From assembly GCA_027021145.1 (NCBI GenBank), contig JALUUX010000073.1, positions 1-34,406 on the forward strand: a stretch of DNA of 34,406 nt, written 5' to 3'. Below, piece after piece: positions 31,349 through 34,406 of the stretch (the stretch's first letter is position 1; each line of letters begins with the position of its first letter). Origin of the DNA: Candidatus Shapirobacteria bacterium. GTDB lineage: Bacteria > Patescibacteriota > Microgenomatia > UBA12405 > JAHJSD01. The notes beneath the pieces were generated by a model. It was not told where the DNA came from. It worked only from the letters and a program-made list of their open reading frames with translations, and ran no database searches. Both the position numbers and the translations under genes were made by a program.

Positions 31349-31916
31349 AAAAGTAATTGGTAATTAAATGATTGAAAATGAGATGGAAGTCTTCTATTGG
31401 GCCATATTCGTTTGAGGGAACTAAGACATAAGCGTCTACCATTTCTTTTACTTTACCGCCATCAAAACCCAGAAAAGCTGTGGTTTTCATTTTTAATTTT
31501 TGGGCTGTTTGAACCGCCTTAATGATATTTTGAGAATTACCGCTTCCGGTAATAACTAGAAGTAAGTCTCCTTTTTGTCCCAGATTTTTTAATGGTTCTG
31601 AGAAAATCGTCTCATATTTCCAGTCGTTACCAATGGCAGTCAATAGGGGAATATTATCAGATAAGGAGATTATTCTAAAACGTCTATTTTTTGTTGTTGG
31701 TTCTTTACCTAAGATCGTTTTTCCCAAGTCGCAAACCATGTGAGAAGCTGTAGCAGCACTACCACCATTGCCAGCAATGAATATAGTTCGACCTGTTCTA
31801 AGTTTTTTTTCTAGAATCTTTATTACATTGACGATTTGATTAATATCGATCTGCTCGCAGAGAGATTTGATTTTTTCAAGATAGGCTTTGGCAAATTTAT
31901 TTTTATCGATTCTCAT
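31296..31916 (-). CDS. gmhA: sedoheptulose-7-phosphate isomerase (SIS domain)
   Basis: IFIAGNGGSAATASHMVCDL, LLVITGSGNSQNI and IEDFHLIFNH are present. It overlaps gmhB by 53 nt and hddA by 4 nt. Confidence 0.85.
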   Translation of the reverse strand: MRIDKNKFAKAYLEKIKSLCEQIDINQIVNVIKILEKKLRTGRTIFIAGNGGSAATASHMVCDLGKTILGKEPTTKNRRFRIISLSDNIPLLTAIGNDWKYETIFSEPLKNLGQKGDLLLVITGSGNSQNIIKAVQTAQKLKMKTTAFLGFDGGKVKEMVDAYVLVPSNEYGPIEDFHLIFNHLITNYFYETEKKKGGIPRPRRNH

Positions 31917-32899
31917 TTTTCTCCATAATAAATAATTTTACTCCCCTCTGGTTCAAAAGCAAATGGGGTGGGACGCAATTCTGGCAAAGCAGAGCAAATA
32001 GAAGAATGCTTCTCTTTTGGCGCATAGAGAAGGAGAAAGCCGCCGCCACCGGCTCCAAGAATTTTTCCACCGATAGCTCCATGTTTTCTAGCGATTTCGT
32101 ACCACTCGTTGATTCTTTCATTGGTGATTCCACGAGCCAACTGTTTTTTTAGTTCCCAATTTTGGTGAAGAAGATCGCCAAATTGATCAAGTTTATTTTT
32201 TTCTAGAGCAGACTTAAGCTTATTGGCCAATTGTACCATCTGGGCAAGGATTTTTCTTTTTTGAGGGCTGGAGCTGGTCTTTTTATTTTGTTCTTCAAGG
32301 ATAGAAGCCGAAGAACGAGTGAGGCCAGTATAAAGCATTAATAGATTTTCTTGGAGTTTTTCTTTGGTCTCTTTACGACAGATAATTGGATTAACGAAAA
32401 CACTTCCATCGGGATTGAATTGAATATAATTTAGGTTTCCAAAAGCAGCAGCGTATTGGTCTTGTTTTCCAATTGGTTTTTTACAGCGGTCTATTTCTAT
32501 ATAGCAAGCCTCTTGAGCTAGTTTTTGAGCAGAGGCAAACTCTCCTTTATAAGCGTGAAGGGCATTGAGGAGTCCAACAGTATATGTACTTGAAGATCCT
32601 AGGCCGGTTCCCCGTGATGGAATATCAGAAATAGAGGTGATCTCTATCCCTCCATCTAGATCCAATAATAATAGAGCTTCTCGGATTAACTCGTGTTTTA
32701 ATTCTTCGGGGCGACTAGCAAACTCAGTGATTGAATAGCTAGCTCTGATCAGGTTATCAAATTTTTTGTTTACGGTGATATAGATGTACTTATTGATGGT
32801 AGTACTAACAACAGCGCCTGGTTGGTATTTATAGAAAGAAGCTAAATCGCTTCCTCCGCCAACAAAGCTTATTCGTAATGGAGTTCTTGAAATGATCAT
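31913..32899 (-). CDS. hddA: GHMP-family sugar kinase, D-glycero-alpha-D-manno-heptose 7-phosphate kinase type
   Basis: MIISRTPLRISFVGGGSDL is the typical HddA-like N-terminus. SRGTGLGSSSTYTVGLL is GHMP motif II and KILGAGGGGFLLL is motif III. Confidence 0.75.
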   Translation of the reverse strand: MIISRTPLRISFVGGGSDLASFYKYQPGAVVSTTINKYIYITVNKKFDNLIRASYSITEFASRPEELKHELIREALLLLDLDGGIEITSISDIPSRGTGLGSSSTYTVGLLNALHAYKGEFASAQKLAQEACYIEIDRCKKPIGKQDQYAAAFGNLNYIQFNPDGSVFVNPIICRKETKEKLQENLLMLYTGLTRSSASILEEQNKKTSSSPQKRKILAQMVQLANKLKSALEKNKLDQFGDLLHQNWELKKQLARGITNERINEWYEIARKHGAIGGKILGAGGGGFLLLYAPKEKHSSICSALPELRPTPFAFEPEGSKIIYYGEK

Positions 32900-32940
32900 T
32901 GATGATCTTTAAAAATTCAGGCTTGTTTTGGCCCTTCCTG

Positions 32941-33170
32941 TTGTTAATTATTACTAATTATTACTTATGATGATTTTAACAATGAGAGAATTTTAACACA
33001 AGGTGGTGGTGTTTATTGAGTTATTAACTTATTAATTATTAACGGGTTGGGGAGTGGTATTGAAAAGTTAAAAGTTAAAAATTAGCTCGTTATGCTAGCG
33101 ATAAGAATAAAAAGAATAAAAAATGAGAAAGGATAGAAAAGAATAGAAACTGGAAACTGGAAATTGGGAG
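32941..33170. repeat. long spacer made of consecutive short tandem duplications (stutter repeats)
   Basis: Successive motifs are taattattac x2 (32945..32964), ttttaaca x2, ggt x3, ttatt-type units x4 (33013..33043), aaagtta x3 (33062..33084), gaataaaaa x2, (g)gaatagaaa x2 and ctggaaa x2. Confidence 0.85.
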
Positions 33171-34259
33171 TTAAAGTAAGTTTGATTTATCGCTGGTGGC
33201 GAGGTCGTTGAGGATTTCTTTGAGGCGAGGGAGGGCGGATTTTTCGATAACCATTAAGACGTCTTTGGTGTTGACAACAACTAAGTTTTTAGAACCAAAA
33301 CAGACAATCAATTTCTTTTTTTCTTTGTTGTAAATCAGGCTGTTGAAAACATCTTTGGTATAGGTTTTGCCGCAGAAATAATTGCCGTTTTCATCTTGAA
33401 AAGCCTCTTGGATTAATTCCCAAGTGCCGATATCGCTCCAGCCGAAATCTTCAACAACCATAACAACAGCCTTTTTAGGATCAATATTTTCTGGGATAGC
33501 GTTGTCAAAACTAATTGGTTCTATTTGAGAGTAGATTTGACTTAGAGCTTGAGCGCAATCTTCTTGGCCGCGATGATTGAGAATTTTTTCAACTTTACGA
33601 TAGAGATCAGGAGTGTATCTTTTAAAGGCCTGATAAATAAATTTGGGAGTAGAGATAAAGTAGCCTAAATTCCAAGCATATTCACCAGACTGGAAATATT
33701 GTTCTGCTGTTTCTGGATCTGGTTTGTAGCGGAAACCACGAAATTGATGAAGAGCAAAGCTGGATTCCTTTTTAATCTGCTGACCGTAGTGAATATAGCC
33801 CAAATTGGTACTGGGAAAACGAGGGTCGATGCCAATAAAAAGGATTTTATTTTTTTCTTGATTAATATAATTGACGCCATTCTGAATAATCTCGCAGAAG
33901 AATTTCTCTTTTTTAATTAAATGATCGCTCCAGAGAATGACAAACGGTTCTTCCGGGTCTTGGAATCGATAAAAATAGCCAGCTACTAGAGCAATAGCGG
34001 GACCGACGTTTTTCTTTTCTGGCTCGAAAAAGAAATTGTTTTCTGGTAGCTGGGGAAGTTGTTTTTTAACAATTGTTTCATAAGCGATGTTGGTAGAAAC
34101 ATAAATATCTTGAGGATTGAACTCTGACAAAAGTCTTTTTACCGAGAGTTGAAGAGTTGATTGGTTATTAATTATTTTTTCGAATTGTTTAGGTGTTTTC
34201 TTGCGGGAAAGAGGCCAAAGTCTCGTACCAACACCACCGGCGAAGATAACGATTTTCAT
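33171..34259 (-). CDS. sugar-1-phosphate guanylyltransferase (ManC-like NTP_transferase; could serve the HddC step)
   Basis: MKIVIFAGGVGTRLWPLSRKKTPKQF is the canonical G-x-G-t-R-l-x-P-l-s nucleotidyltransferase N-terminus. It is followed by VILWSDH and GWSDIGTWE. Confidence 0.8.
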   Translation of the reverse strand: MKIVIFAGGVGTRLWPLSRKKTPKQFEKIINNQSTLQLSVKRLLSEFNPQDIYVSTNIAYETIVKKQLPQLPENNFFFEPEKKNVGPAIALVAGYFYRFQDPEEPFVILWSDHLIKKEKFFCEIIQNGVNYINQEKNKILFIGIDPRFPSTNLGYIHYGQQIKKESSFALHQFRGFRYKPDPETAEQYFQSGEYAWNLGYFISTPKFIYQAFKRYTPDLYRKVEKILNHRGQEDCAQALSQIYSQIEPISFDNAIPENIDPKKAVVMVVEDFGWSDIGTWELIQEAFQDENGNYFCGKTYTKDVFNSLIYNKEKKKLIVCFGSKNLVVVNTKDVLMVIEKSALPRLKEILNDLATSDKSNLL

Positions 34260-34406
34260 ACCTTAATATACCATATAGCTCGCTGCGCTCGCGAAATTGT
34301 GTATCCGTCCACAACATTTTGGACTCTCTGGAGTCTTGGTTACCCTTCATTGTTTTCTCAAGGTGGTTAACTACTACCTTCATTGGTTCCTGAAGAGAAA
34401 GGCTGT

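Noticed and set aside
34260-34406. A possible ncRNA or riboswitch upstream of the guanylyltransferase gene. It has a GGACTC..GAGTCT hairpin, a duplicated CCTTCATTG and a GCTCGC direct repeat.
   Set aside because: The region is truncated by the window end, I recognise no known RNA family consensus, and the stems are short.
1-34406. An alternative genetic code, such as UGA recoding seen in some candidate phyla.
   Set aside because: TGA terminates several full-length, motif-complete ORFs (for example those ending at 1482, 5060, 13354 and 20396). No family-typical domain is interrupted by in-frame TGA.

Overview
AT-rich bacterial window using the standard genetic code (TGA, TAA and TAG all end long ORFs with recognisable family motifs). 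It reads as a cell-envelope glycoconjugate island from a small-genome, possibly CPR/Patescibacteria-like organism; the taxonomy is inference only. I found no rRNA, tRNA, CRISPR array, transposase or integrase. There are four strand blocks: + 1..16144, - 16164..19533, + 19626..30695, - 30773..34259. Block 1 holds three tandem paralogous PMT/ArnT-like GT-C glycosyltransferases, a GT2, a kinase-like protein, a GT4, a PaaX-like regulator, a 1329-aa repeat-domain surface protein, a frameshifted PIG-V-like GT-C enzyme and an alkaline-phosphatase-family enzyme. Block 2 is a processive GT2 synthase operon (D,D,D,QxxRW) with three membrane-anchored partners. Block 3 is an ABC-transporter-dependent glycan assembly line: Wzm, Wzt, an 1182-aa methyltransferase/coiled-coil/GT/GT fusion, a GT4, a second methyltransferase, an LtaS/sulfatase-like transferase and a sulfotransferase. 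Block 4 encodes a GDP-heptose-type nucleotide-sugar pathway (guanylyltransferase-like enzyme, hddA, gmhA, gmhB). The most unusual signal is not a single gene but a layer of small structured DNA elements colonising this locus. (1) Two four-helix-bundle (23S-IVS-protein/Avd family) genes are each bracketed by perfect inverted repeats, and one splits the wzm-wzt pair. (2) An identical 49-nt hairpin repeat flanks the PaaX-like gene and supplies the last five codons and the stop codon of two unrelated proteins. (3) Short tandem or palindromic repeats sit in-frame inside four glycosyltransferase genes. (4) Intergenic spacers are built from chains of 7-10 nt stutter repeats. All functional calls come from motif recognition by eye; no database search was run.
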